Source: Micavibrio sp.
GTDB taxonomy: Bacteria; Pseudomonadota; Alphaproteobacteria; UBA2400
Assembly (NCBI GenBank): GCA_040376705.1
Contig: JBEIQE010000005.1
Coordinates: 64,156-128,155 of the forward strand
DNA length: 64,000 nt
Direction of reading: 5' to 3'
Below are positions 38,539 to 47,493 of this stretch, piece by piece. The position numbers and the translations under genes were made by a program. The notes beneath the pieces were generated by a model that was not told the DNA's origin, ran no database searches, and saw only the letters and a program-made list of their open reading frames with translations. Each line of letters starts with the position of its first letter. Position 1 is the stretch's first letter.

Positions 38539-39141
38539 TTAGCGTGGGAAAATCAGCGTTAATGCCCCATTTAAGTGACGATCGCAAATGAGATAATATG
38601 GGTCATATCCATTTTGCCGTACACCATTGCGTACATCGTCTCCGCTTATAACGTCACCATGACCATTAACAACGGTTATATAACCTTTAAACTGGCTAAG
38701 GTAAGCGTAACAATCTTCTGGTTGGATTCTTCCGTCGGCGCTGCCAAAGCTAATAGAAAAACTACCGTTCACTTCGGAAGGCCACCCACCAGAGGCATAG
38801 TACCTAATAAAGAGAGCTCCGCCATCTGGCGTTTCTAAGCCGCGCCACTGCATAGTTGGAATAAGATAAGGATAATTAATTACACCCTTGGCCATAAGAT
38901 AATTATGCAGGACTATGTTACCGGAGCTGACTGGCTCGACATGACGAAAATCGTTTTGTAATGTCGAAAGAGCCAGTGAGACGCGCCTGATCGTATCATT
39001 CCGGATAACCCTCGACTGAGCTGCCGCGGCAGCGGTCCAAATCCCACCAATCACCAACCCTACAACACCTAGTACGATGGCGGCTTCAACCAGACTGAAG
39101 CCGCGGCCCAAGCTGATTTGATTTTTGGTAAAATAGTACAT
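38539..39141 (-). CDS. prepilin-type (type IV pilin/pseudopilin-like) protein
   Basis: MYYFTKNQISLGRG|FSLVEAAIVLGVVGLVIGGIW: canonical G-1, F+1, E+5 prepilin motif. Paralog of the downstream gene. AT-rich. Confidence 0.65.
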   Translation of the reverse strand: MYYFTKNQISLGRGFSLVEAAIVLGVVGLVIGGIWTAAAAAQSRVIRNDTIRRVSLALSTLQNDFRHVEPVSSGNIVLHNYLMAKGVINYPYLIPTMQWRGLETPDGGALFIRYYASGGWPSEVNGSFSISFGSADGRIQPEDCYAYLSQFKGYITVVNGHGDVISGDDVRNGVRQNGYDPYYLICDRHLNGALTLIFPR

Positions 39142-39487
39142 ATTTCTATGTTATAATCATCTTATTTCAAGGTCGATTGTTTTTTAGAACAGGCGGCAGC
39201 CGATTAACATGCCTCCTATTGCCATAATTAACTGCCGATGCAGAAACGGCAAAAAGCCAGACCGGAAAAAGCGACGGCTAGGTTGTGGCTACGCCTCATG
39301 GAGAACTTGAAATAACTGAAGATTGGAAACTAGCAAAATCGATAATATGGCCTCAAGCCTACCAATTCCCGCCTTTTCAGGCAGTTAATGCCAATTTAGC
39401 CCCCCCTGCGACGGCTACCGACATTGACACCAGCCCTGGCAATCCCTAAGTGAAAGGCTCGATTTTTGTTTCTAAGGTGATTCCTCC

Positions 39488-42244
39488 ATGCTCAGCGCCC
39501 TCTCCCGCCTCGTTTTAGGGAGCTCAACCGCCCGCAATCTCAAGCGCTACGAGAAGAATGTTGCCAAGATCAACGCGCTCGAACCCGCGATGATCGCCCT
39601 GTCGGACGAACAGCTGAAAGCCAAGACCGCCGAGTTCCGCGACCGCCTCGCCAAAGGCGCTACGGTTGACGACCTGCTGATCGAAGCTTTTGCGGTTGTG
39701 CGTGAAGCCGCCAAACGCACCATCGGTCAGCGCCACTTTGATGTGCAGCTCATGGGCGGTATGGCGCTGAACGACCGTTCGATTGCCGAAATGCGCACCG
39801 GCGAAGGTAAAACCCTCGTAGCAACCTTGGCGGTTTACCTCAACGCACTGCCGGGCAAGGGCGTGCATGTGGTTACCGTAAACGACTACCTCGCACGTCG
39901 CGACAGTAGCTGGATGAGCCAGATCTACGGCTTCCTTGGCCTCACCACCGGTGTGATTGTGCACGGCCTTGATGATACGCAGCGCCGCAATGCTTATGCC
40001 TGCGATATTACCTACGGTACCAATAACGAATTCGGGTTTGATTACCTGCGCGATAACATGAAGTATGGCCTGAATGAGATGGTCATGCGCGGCTTCCACT
40101 TTGCGGTGGTCGACGAAGTTGACTCGATCCTGGTTGACGAAGCCCGCACCCCGCTCATCATCTCCGGCCCCTCCACCGACTCATCCGATCTCTACCAGAA
40201 GATCGATGTGCTGATGAAAAAGCTGCAGCCCGAAGATTACGATAAGGAAGAAAAAACCAAGTCAGTCGTGCTGACCGAGCTGGGTACCGAGCGTATGGAA
40301 GAATGGCTGCGCGAAGCCGGCCTGCTCGAAATTGGCGGTCTTTATGATGTGCAGAACGTAGCGCTGGTCCACCATGTAAACGCTGCGCTTAAGGCGCATA
40401 AGCTGTTTACCAGCAATGTTGATTATCTGGTGAAGGACAACAAGGTCATCATCATCGATGAGTTTACCGGCCGCATGATGGAGGGCCGCCGTTATTCAGA
40501 CGGTCTGCATCAGGCGCTTGAAGCCAAAGAGCATGTGGCCATTCAGCGCGAAAACCAGACTCTCGCGAGCATCACCTTCCAGAACTACTTCCGCCTCTAC
40601 CCCAAGCTCGCAGGTATGACCGGTACGGCGATGACCGAAAAGCAGGAATTCGGCGAGATTTACGGCCTTGATGTAACCGTACTGCCCACCAACGTACCGG
40701 TTGCCCGTATAGACCATGAAGATGCGATCTATCTCAACCAGAAGGGCAAGTATCAGGCAATTATCCAGCTCATTAAAGAGTGCGCCGAGCGCCATCAGCC
40801 GGTGCTGGTCGGTACCGTTTCGATTGAAAAATCAGAGCTGCTCTCAGCCGCCCTCACCAAGGCGGGCGTGAAGCATAATGTGCTCAACGCCAAGTTCCAC
40901 GAGACCGAAGCCGAGATCGTCGCGCAGGCTGGCCGTCCGGGTGCAATTACCATCGCCACCAATATGGCAGGCCGCGGTACCGATATTCAGCTCGGTGGTA
41001 ACATCGAGATGCGCATCAAGAGCGAGCTCAAGGACATGCCGGAAGGCCCCGCACGTGATGATGCGATTGCTACCATTAAAACCGAAGTTATGGCCGCACG
41101 CGAGCTGGTACGCAATGTAGGTGGTCTGTTTGTTATTGGCACCGAGCGCCATGAATCACGCCGTATCGATAACCAGCTACGTGGCCGTTCGGGCCGTCAG
41201 GGCGACCCCGGTGCCTCAAAGTTCTTCCTCGCGCTTGATGACGACCTGATGCGCATTTTCGGCACCAACCGTTACGCTGGCATGATGGAAAAGATGGGCA
41301 TGACCGAAGACATGCCGGTGCACGACCGCTGGATTTCAAAAGCGCTCGAGAAAGCACAGCAGAAGGTTGAAGAGCGCAACTTCGATATTCGCAAAAACCT
41401 GCTGAAGTTCGATAACGTAATGAACGATCAGCGCAAGGTCATTTATGAGCAGCGCCGTGAGCTGATGGACAGCAAGGATGTATCCGACGTTATTCAGGAT
41501 ATGCGCCATGAAGTGATTGCCGATGCTGTGCGCGCGGCCATTCCCGAAGGGGCTTATGCCGAGCATTGGAACATCGAAGGTCTGACCGCCGATGCCAAGC
41601 GCGTGCTGGGTCTTGACCTGCCGATTGCCGCCTGGGCCGCTGAAGAAGGCATTGCCGAAATCGAAATCCGCGATCGCCTGACCAAGGAAGCTGACGAGCG
41701 TTATGCCGCCAAGGTGGCCAAGTATACGCCCGACCTCATGCGTCATGCCGAGAAAAACGTATTGCTGCAGCTGCTGGATCAGGGCTGGAAAGAGCATCTT
41801 CTGGGCCTCGACCATCTGCGTCAGGGCATCGGCCTGCGTTCGATGGGTCAGCGCGACCCGCTGAACGAATACAAGCGCGAAGCGTTTGAACTGTTCGGGG
41901 CACTGCTGGATAACCTGCGTGAGCAGGTAACACAGACCCTCATGCGCCTCGAGATTCGCGTGGCCACACCTGAGATGATGATGCCCCAGGGTCCGCGCCC
42001 GCAGGATATGCAGATGATACACCCCAGTGCCGAGCCGATGCTGGTCGGGGCCGAGGCCGAAGTGCCCAGCGCCATGCCCGCTGGCATGAGCCGCCAGGGC
42101 TCGGTGCCGATGCCCGCGCCCAAGCCGCTGCGCAAAATGGAAGTTGATCTGCGCGACCCCACCACCTGGGGCGATACCCCGCGCAATAACGTTTGCCCCT
42201 GCGGTTCGGGCAAGAAGTACAAACACTGCCACGGCAAGGTTTAA
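39488..42244 (+). CDS. secA: preprotein translocase ATPase SecA
   Basis: 918 aa; Walker [18 protein letters not shown]-like [20 protein letters not shown]-terminal zinc-binding [14 protein letters not shown]. Confidence 0.97.
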   Translation: MLSALSRLVLGSSTARNLKRYEKNVAKINALEPAMIALSDEQLKAKTAEFRDRLAKGATVDDLLIEAFAVVREAAKRTIGQRHFDVQLMGGMALNDRSIAEMRTGEGKTLVATLAVYLNALPGKGVHVVTVNDYLARRDSSWMSQIYGFLGLTTGVIVHGLDDTQRRNAYACDITYGTNNEFGFDYLRDNMKYGLNEMVMRGFHFAVVDEVDSILVDEARTPLIISGPSTDSSDLYQKIDVLMKKLQPEDYDKEEKTKSVVLTELGTERMEEWLREAGLLEIGGLYDVQNVALVHHVNAALKAHKLFTSNVDYLVKDNKVIIIDEFTGRMMEGRRYSDGLHQALEAKEHVAIQRENQTLASITFQNYFRLYPKLAGMTGTAMTEKQEFGEIYGLDVTVLPTNVPVARIDHEDAIYLNQKGKYQAIIQLIKECAERHQPVLVGTVSIEKSELLSAALTKAGVKHNVLNAKFHETEAEIVAQAGRPGAITIATNMAGRGTDIQLGGNIEMRIKSELKDMPEGPARDDAIATIKTEVMAARELVRNVGGLFVIGTERHESRRIDNQLRGRSGRQGDPGASKFFLALDDDLMRIFGTNRYAGMMEKMGMTEDMPVHDRWISKALEKAQQKVEERNFDIRKNLLKFDNVMNDQRKVIYEQRRELMDSKDVSDVIQDMRHEVIADAVRAAIPEGAYAEHWNIEGLTADAKRVLGLDLPIAAWAAEEGIAEIEIRDRLTKEADERYAAKVAKYTPDLMRHAEKNVLLQLLDQGWKEHLLGLDHLRQGIGLRSMGQRDPLNEYKREAFELFGALLDNLREQVTQTLMRLEIRVATPEMMMPQGPRPQDMQMIHPSAEPMLVGAEAEVPSAMPAGMSRQGSVPMPAPKPLRKMEVDLRDPTTWGDTPRNNVCPCGSGKKYKHCHGKV

Positions 42245-42264
42245 GCTTCGCGTATCAACATAAA

Positions 42265-42291
42265 AGCCCACCCTGAACGGTGGGCTTTTTT
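42265..42291 (+). terminator. rho-independent terminator of secA
   Basis: Perfect 8-bp stem AGCCCACC / GGTGGGCT, 6-nt loop, followed by TTTTTT; 20 nt after secA stop. Confidence 0.85.
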
Positions 42292-42328
42292 CTTGCGCTT
42301 GTGTCATGGTATTGGCTAGCGTGCGGGC

Positions 42329-43204
42329 ATGAGCCAGTCCCACATCAGCATCAACTGTGCTGCAGCGCCTTATAACCCGCTGCCGGTTATTGATGCTGCC
42401 TTTGCACAAGTGGCCCGCATCCGCGCCAACAGCACCGCGCCCATATTTATTCTCGCGGGCGAACAGCATAACGACCAGATCGAAACATTCCTGCCCTATG
42501 TGGCAGCCCATCGCGCTGGTTTACTGGGTGGCACTACAATTCCTCACCAGCTTGCGACCCTGCAATTTGCCCTCGAGCGCCCGCATGATACGCTGCAGAA
42601 GGATCTGACCAAGTTTAAGAAAGACCTTCCCGGTCTGATAAAGCCGCACGATAGGCCATCGGTTCAGCTCGCCCGCATCCTGAGTTTTTATGGCAATGGC
42701 GCTGGCAACCCACAGGATGCCTCACGCGTTATGCTCACGGCTTTTACAGATAACAACGTGCCACTGATCGCTGTCGATGCCAGTATCAAATGGGGCCGGG
42801 TCTTCCCGTTCCTTGACCCCAAGGATGAGCTGACGCGCCAGTTCATGCCTGACGGAGAACCAAGCCACCACCTCGGATTCATGGCGGGCGAACCCCGCGC
42901 AATGCATAGCCGCAACCGGCTTATGGCGCATTTGCTGCAGCAACAGGCGAGCACCCCCAACGCGCTGATCTGGATGAACTGCGGGTATGAGCACCTGTTT
43001 GACGATGCCAAGCACTCAGTGTCCGGCCTCGCAGGCCTGCTAAATGGTCATGTTCTGGTAATTGCCAATACGGCGCATCTGCCCGCCAGTCAGCCAGCAA
43101 CTGACGCATTAATCGTTTTCAGTGATCTGGCTGACACCAGGAATAGTCAAACTGCAACGGCGCATGTTTTGCGCCACCTCAGGCAGGCAACGCCCTCACC
43201 TTAA
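42329..43204 (+). CDS. hypothetical protein X1 (291 aa); possible TIKI/TraB/ChaN/GumN-superfamily fold
   Basis: Two GxxH motifs in the two halves (FILAGEQHND and WMNCGYEHL), reminiscent of the pseudo-twofold TIKI/TraB/EreA/ChaN superfamily. Assignment by eye only. Confidence 0.45.
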   Translation: MSQSHISINCAAAPYNPLPVIDAAFAQVARIRANSTAPIFILAGEQHNDQIETFLPYVAAHRAGLLGGTTIPHQLATLQFALERPHDTLQKDLTKFKKDLPGLIKPHDRPSVQLARILSFYGNGAGNPQDASRVMLTAFTDNNVPLIAVDASIKWGRVFPFLDPKDELTRQFMPDGEPSHHLGFMAGEPRAMHSRNRLMAHLLQQQASTPNALIWMNCGYEHLFDDAKHSVSGLAGLLNGHVLVIANTAHLPASQPATDALIVFSDLADTRNSQTATAHVLRHLRQATPSP

Positions 43205-43262
43205 CGGCATTAACCATAATACCGGCTTGCACTGCGCCAAGCAGCATTGCTACCCTTCGTGC

Positions 43263-43856
43263 ATGCTTAACCGCTTCAACACCCTTGGCACTCGCGCCGC
43301 AGTACGCAGCGTTCAAAGCATCATGCCGCCGGCTCTGCCCGAGATTCAAGACTGGTTACGCAGCAGTGGCGTGCACAAGGCCACACTATTCGGCAGCTCG
43401 CTCTATGCCACCCAGCTGGGCCACCCTAACCGGATTAACGATCACGATCTGATTATTGGCCAGACCGATCTGCGTTGGTGGAAGCTGCGCGAGCGCCTGG
43501 CCCGCACCGCACGTATGGAATACTCAACCGACCACCCGCTGCAGCCCAAGCGGCTTTTCTATACCCTGCCCAGCGGCGTTAAAACCGATGTCTGCCTTTC
43601 ATACGCACCGCGCAGCCCGCGCTTCATGGCCGAGCATGCGCTGTTTGGCATTTCTGCCATTGCGGCAGATGTGTTCACCAAGCAGGTCTGGGTACGGCCT
43701 GAGTTTGAACAGCATATGCGTGAGCATGTCATCCGCCCGCTCAACACTGACGATACAGGCCTTATTCTCCGCTACGCCGATAAAATGTCTGACAAGTTCC
43801 CGGATTTCAGGGTTGATCTGGGCTCGGCCTACCGGCCCAAAAACCATTATGCCTGA
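43263..43856 (+). CDS. Pol-beta-superfamily nucleotidyltransferase-like protein P1 (intact hG[GS]..DhD motif)
   Basis: ..ATLFGSSLYATQLGHPNRINDHDLIIG.. matches the minimal NTase signature (cf. FGSxxxG..SDhDhhh). Downstream ..GVKTDVCLS.. as candidate third acidic residue. Start at Met48 of the track ORF (43122..43856). Confidence 0.5.
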   Translation: MLNRFNTLGTRAAVRSVQSIMPPALPEIQDWLRSSGVHKATLFGSSLYATQLGHPNRINDHDLIIGQTDLRWWKLRERLARTARMEYSTDHPLQPKRLFYTLPSGVKTDVCLSYAPRSPRFMAEHALFGISAIAADVFTKQVWVRPEFEQHMREHVIRPLNTDDTGLILRYADKMSDKFPDFRVDLGSAYRPKNHYA

Positions 43857-43926
43857 TTAACCTATCTCGCCTTGCACAATAGCCACGCCGCTTGCTAGCC
43901 TGCCCGAAAGTAAACAGGGGGCAAAT

Positions 43927-44349
43927 ATGGGTGAGGCAGTTTCACAGGTCAGTCCACAATTCTCGGACCTCGTACGCCGGCGCGAGCTGAGCCTGGTCGC
44001 GCCAACGCGCCATGCCGAAGTCGCCGAGCAGCTTGATGACAGCATCATGCGCCCGCTGCTGGATGAGCAGCTACGCGAATGTATTTTCAACTTCGCACAA
44101 CTCGCCCAGCCTACCGGCACACGGATTGTCAGTGATAACGGGCTCGACCCTGTATTGGCCTATGCGCTCTTCACCGACATACCGGTTTTGCCGCAAGACC
44201 GGGCCGAAGCCGAAGAGCTGGCCTGCGATGAATTCCGCCGCCTCGCCGCACTGGATGATGAAAGCATTCCCGGTGCAGCGCTTACTTTATGCCCGAATGG
44301 CGAGGTTACCCTGCGCCCTGTCATGCAAATGAGGATGATTATACGATGA
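43927..44349 (+). CDS. hypothetical protein X2 (140 aa)
   Basis: Acidic small protein. Stop overlaps start of next gene (ATGA). Confidence 0.4.
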   Translation: MGEAVSQVSPQFSDLVRRRELSLVAPTRHAEVAEQLDDSIMRPLLDEQLRECIFNFAQLAQPTGTRIVSDNGLDPVLAYALFTDIPVLPQDRAEAEELACDEFRRLAALDDESIPGAALTLCPNGEVTLRPVMQMRMIIR

Positions 44350-44864
44350 GCGAAACCTATGCCATTAACGGCCTGCAGTTCAGCCGCCCGTTCCGCACCA
44401 TCATCGAGCCGCACTTCCAGCTGCTCGAACTTGTGGGCGCTAAAGACGCACTGCTTTATGGCAGCTCCATCTGGGCGATCGACCATTTGCAGCTGCGGCC
44501 CGAGCAGCCGTTCAACTACCTCGCCTTCCTGCGGAAGTCGGAGCTGATGCCGATGGCGCGCAAAATGCAAACGACACTCGCCAATTCAGCGGTGGTCGTC
44601 ACCCCAAGAGCCAAGGAAATGGCCATCGAGTTCAAGGCGCGGTTCAATGCCAAGCCGCTTAACATCATCTTCTTCCACGAGCGAATGCCGAGCATTGCCG
44701 AAGTCATAGAAGCTGCCCCCACCGTGGCCGCTGCCGCCATCATGACGCGGCATCAGCAAATCGAGGTAAGCGCCGCCTACAACAACGCCCGCCAGCAAGG
44801 CGGTATTGCACCGCAACCGAATACCTCAGCCAAGAGCCATGCATTTAGTTGGATTTATGAGTAA
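44346..44864 (+). CDS. degenerate paralog P2 of the NTase-like protein
   Basis: ..ALLYGSSIWAIDHLQLRPEQPFNYLAF.. aligns with P1's GSS..DHDLII but lacks the acidic pair. Start at Met20 of the track ORF (44289..44864), translationally coupled to X2. Confidence 0.45.
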   Translation: MSETYAINGLQFSRPFRTIIEPHFQLLELVGAKDALLYGSSIWAIDHLQLRPEQPFNYLAFLRKSELMPMARKMQTTLANSAVVVTPRAKEMAIEFKARFNAKPLNIIFFHERMPSIAEVIEAAPTVAAAAIMTRHQQIEVSAAYNNARQQGGIAPQPNTSAKSHAFSWIYE

Positions 44865-44944
44865 TTTTATTGCTCAAAAAGATGTTGACGGGCAAATTTA
44901 AACCATACTAAGGTTCCTGCCATACAAATTTGCAGGAGCTTCTT

Positions 44945-45433
44945 ATGCAGCGCACAAACGACTCACCCGCGATCACCTCCGCCACCGCTCAGGCCTTCAA
45001 ATTCCTGAGCCAGCTTGGCCTGCGTGAACCGGTGGTCTTTGGCGAAGACGTGGACGCCAGCGCTACCAACAAGCGCAGCGGTAAAGTGCACCTGCAGGTG
45101 GTTGCCGCCCTGCCCGAAGGCCAGAACCCGGTGGCCAGCTGGTTGCGCCTGACGCAAAAGCTGAGCGCCGCCACCAGGCTCAACTCGCGCCGCGCCCCCG
45201 GCGAGATCATGCCACGCGAAGTGATGTTCTATAACGACCAGAGCCAGTTTGGCGTGCTCATCGGCTCGACCCATCTGCACGTGCAGGTAAGTGAGAAGCC
45301 GGTTGCTGCCATGGATATTCTGGCACGCCAGCCGGTCGAGCAGCAGGTAGCCGTGCATACAGCGCAAGGCAGCCTTGCACGTACCGAAACGCAGGCACGC
45401 AAAGACCTGCGCATGCAGCTGGAACTCGCATAA
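44945..45433 (+). CDS. hypothetical protein X3 (163 aa)
   Basis: AGGAG Shine-Dalgarno about 7 nt upstream of ATG 44945. Contains ..VVFGEDVDASATNKRSGKVHLQVV.. weakly resembling the same G[SD]..h.hhh segment. Confidence 0.4.
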   Translation: MQRTNDSPAITSATAQAFKFLSQLGLREPVVFGEDVDASATNKRSGKVHLQVVAALPEGQNPVASWLRLTQKLSAATRLNSRRAPGEIMPREVMFYNDQSQFGVLIGSTHLHVQVSEKPVAAMDILARQPVEQQVAVHTAQGSLARTETQARKDLRMQLELA

Positions 45434-45539
45434 ACAGCGATTAACTCAGCTGTCAGACTGACGCATGGGTAAGCGCAAAATTTCATACAATCGCGCTTGA
45501 CCTTGCGGGCCGAGAAGCCGAATAGAGCATCTTACCAAC

Positions 45540-46127
45540 ATGCTTATCAACGGCCCCATCTTCAGTTATGAGCCCGCCACCATCTCGGCCCTGTACGAGA
45601 ATGTGCTCACTCGTGATTTTGAACTGCTGCAGCGTATTGGTATGCGCGGTGCTGTGGCTTATGGCGATGCGCTGCGCGATGCCGATAACGAAAGCCCCAC
45701 ACATCAGTTCAATTACTATGGCCAGCTGCCACTGGCCAGCAGCAGCTTAACTGCGCTTAGCCTTGTGACCCGCGGCCTGTTGCGCGAGCTCAAGGGCACC
45801 GCCCTGCAAAGCCTGAAGGCCACACAAAACGATAACGCCATGCGCTTTACCTTTACGCTTGAGGGCCGCAAGCTCGACATTACCATGCTTAACAATTGCG
45901 CCCCAGGGGCCGAACTGGCTGCGCGCGCCGCGCCCATCGGCCTTTCGGGTATTGCTGTTAACGATCGGGGCTTCTGCTTCGCCAGCGAAGCCTACCTTGA
46001 CGATAAATCCCTAAAAACCATGACAATAAAACGTGACATGGACCCCAGCGATCGTCATTATGCCCGCAAGCAAGCAGGCTGCCTTTTGGCCCTGCCCGCT
46101 TACAAAGGTTTCAAAATCTGCGGGTGA
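45540..46127 (+). CDS. degenerate paralog P3 of the NTase-like protein
   Basis: ..AVAYGDALRDADNESPTHQFNYYGQL.. ; shares RDADN and FNY elements with P4 and P2 respectively. Confidence 0.45.
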   Translation: MLINGPIFSYEPATISALYENVLTRDFELLQRIGMRGAVAYGDALRDADNESPTHQFNYYGQLPLASSSLTALSLVTRGLLRELKGTALQSLKATQNDNAMRFTFTLEGRKLDITMLNNCAPGAELAARAAPIGLSGIAVNDRGFCFASEAYLDDKSLKTMTIKRDMDPSDRHYARKQAGCLLALPAYKGFKICG

Positions 46128-46133
46128 TTTAAC

Positions 46134-46709
46134 ATGGACCATACGCCTCGTGCCCTTCCACCTTATCTGGAAGAGCTTCGTGATCTTTCAAGCGCCATGG
46201 GCGTAACCAAATCACTGCTGGTAGGTAGCGCCTTGCGCGATGCCGATAACGGCATTCCGGTTACCTCCTACAGCCTCTACATGCTGCCCACGCGCGAAAT
46301 ACCCACCCATAAGGCAATTGAAATCTTCATCAAGGAAAGCGGCCCCGGCAGCCGCCTCATGCGCAGCTTTAACAACAAGCCACGACATGAAGTGCGTATG
46401 GCCACCGGCCAGATTGCCAATATCAACTTCTGCCATGAAGCCTGGATGCTTGAAGCCGAAACCATTGTTAATCGCGTTCCCAACGGACTCTCGGCCGTCG
46501 CGATGGATCTGTTCACGGGTGAGATCAAGAGAACCGAGCTTTATATGCTCGACCGCAATGAAGGCGTGATTACGCAAGCCGTTCCCTCACATGACCTCGG
46601 CAATCTGGTGGCCCTGAGTGTGCAAAAGCGCTACCCCACCTACCCGATTATGGCAGACGGTAACAAGCAGGTGCTATACCCGCCGCTCAAGAGCGTGGCG
46701 CTGGCTTAA
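46134..46709 (+). CDS. degenerate paralog P4 of the NTase-like protein
   Basis: ..SLLVGSALRDADNGIPVTSYSLYML.. (compare P3 YGDALRDADNESP). 6-bp gap from P3. Confidence 0.45.
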   Translation: MDHTPRALPPYLEELRDLSSAMGVTKSLLVGSALRDADNGIPVTSYSLYMLPTREIPTHKAIEIFIKESGPGSRLMRSFNNKPRHEVRMATGQIANINFCHEAWMLEAETIVNRVPNGLSAVAMDLFTGEIKRTELYMLDRNEGVITQAVPSHDLGNLVALSVQKRYPTYPIMADGNKQVLYPPLKSVALA

Positions 46710-46712
46710 CGC

Positions 46713-47387
46713 CTAGCGATTACGGTTGTTGCCGAAAGTCGGGCTGCGGAAAGTAAATTCGCTGCGGCGGAAGTTCTGATCGGTCTTGATGTCCGACAGC
46801 ATGACCTCAGTAGTCACGCCCTGCGCATCAAGCACGCGCCAGCCCAGAATCTGCATTGGCACTTCCTGCATCACCAGCGTCATTTCGCCAGCCTGCGGGT
46901 CTTTGGCCGAGCGCACGGTTACTTCCATTTGCGTAGGATTGGGGTGGCTGACCTTGGCCACCGTCACATCATCGCCACTGAAGTTGAGGTTACGCTTCAA
47001 GAGGAAGCCCGCCAGCGTATCGTCAATACCAGTCTGGCTCTGCTGCTTCATCGCATCATCCCACTGATAGATGTTGGTGCCATCCGCAATGATGAAATCC
47101 TTGCTCGGGGCATCGTACTGAATGTGTACGCGGCCCGGGCGCCAGAGCTTGAAATTGCCGGTTACCTCGCCCACGCTGCCGTCAAGCTGGGTGGCGCGCT
47201 GGGTAAAGCGTGCAGCCAAAGGCTTGAGGCCATTAAAGTAATCTTCGATGCGCTTGAGGTCGCGCTGGTCCTGCTCCGAAATGGTAATCGGCGCGGGTGC
47301 GTCATCCACAGGGGTTGCCGCCTGTGCAACAGGCAGGGCCGAAAAGACGAGAAGGGCTACAAGAGCAGGGCGAAGGAGCATGTTCAT
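46713..47387 (-). CDS. lolA: outer-membrane lipoprotein carrier protein LolA
   Basis: Signal peptide MNMLLRPALVALLVFSALPVAQA; ..ARFTQRATQLDGSVGEVTGNFKLWRPGRVHIQYD..DGTNIYQWD.. parallels E. coli LolA FTQ/LW/DG..LW.Y pattern; 224 aa. Confidence 0.75.
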   Translation of the reverse strand: MNMLLRPALVALLVFSALPVAQAATPVDDAPAPITISEQDQRDLKRIEDYFNGLKPLAARFTQRATQLDGSVGEVTGNFKLWRPGRVHIQYDAPSKDFIIADGTNIYQWDDAMKQQSQTGIDDTLAGFLLKRNLNFSGDDVTVAKVSHPNPTQMEVTVRSAKDPQAGEMTLVMQEVPMQILGWRVLDAQGVTTEVMLSDIKTDQNFRRSEFTFRSPTFGNNRNR

Positions 47388-47493
47388 ACCCGTTACTTTA
47401 GCAGGCCCCTACAAGCGCACAACGTGTCATTCCGTCCCTTGCGGCAAACTGTCAGCTGGGTGGGTAATTTGAAACCGCAATTCAGGCCCGAGT

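Noticed and set aside
41336-42511. 391-aa minus-strand ORF overlapping the 3' end of secA, its terminator and the start of X1
   Set aside because: It is antisense to a highly conserved gene, crosses a strong terminator hairpin and has low-complexity His/Gly/Ala/Arg-rich composition. GC-driven artefact.
43927-45433. Interpretation of X2/X3 as HEPN partners of the NTase-like genes (MNT-HEPN toxin-antitoxin)
   Set aside because: I could not find a convincing Rx4-6H HEPN motif in X2 or X3 by eye, so this is left as an open possibility rather than a call.
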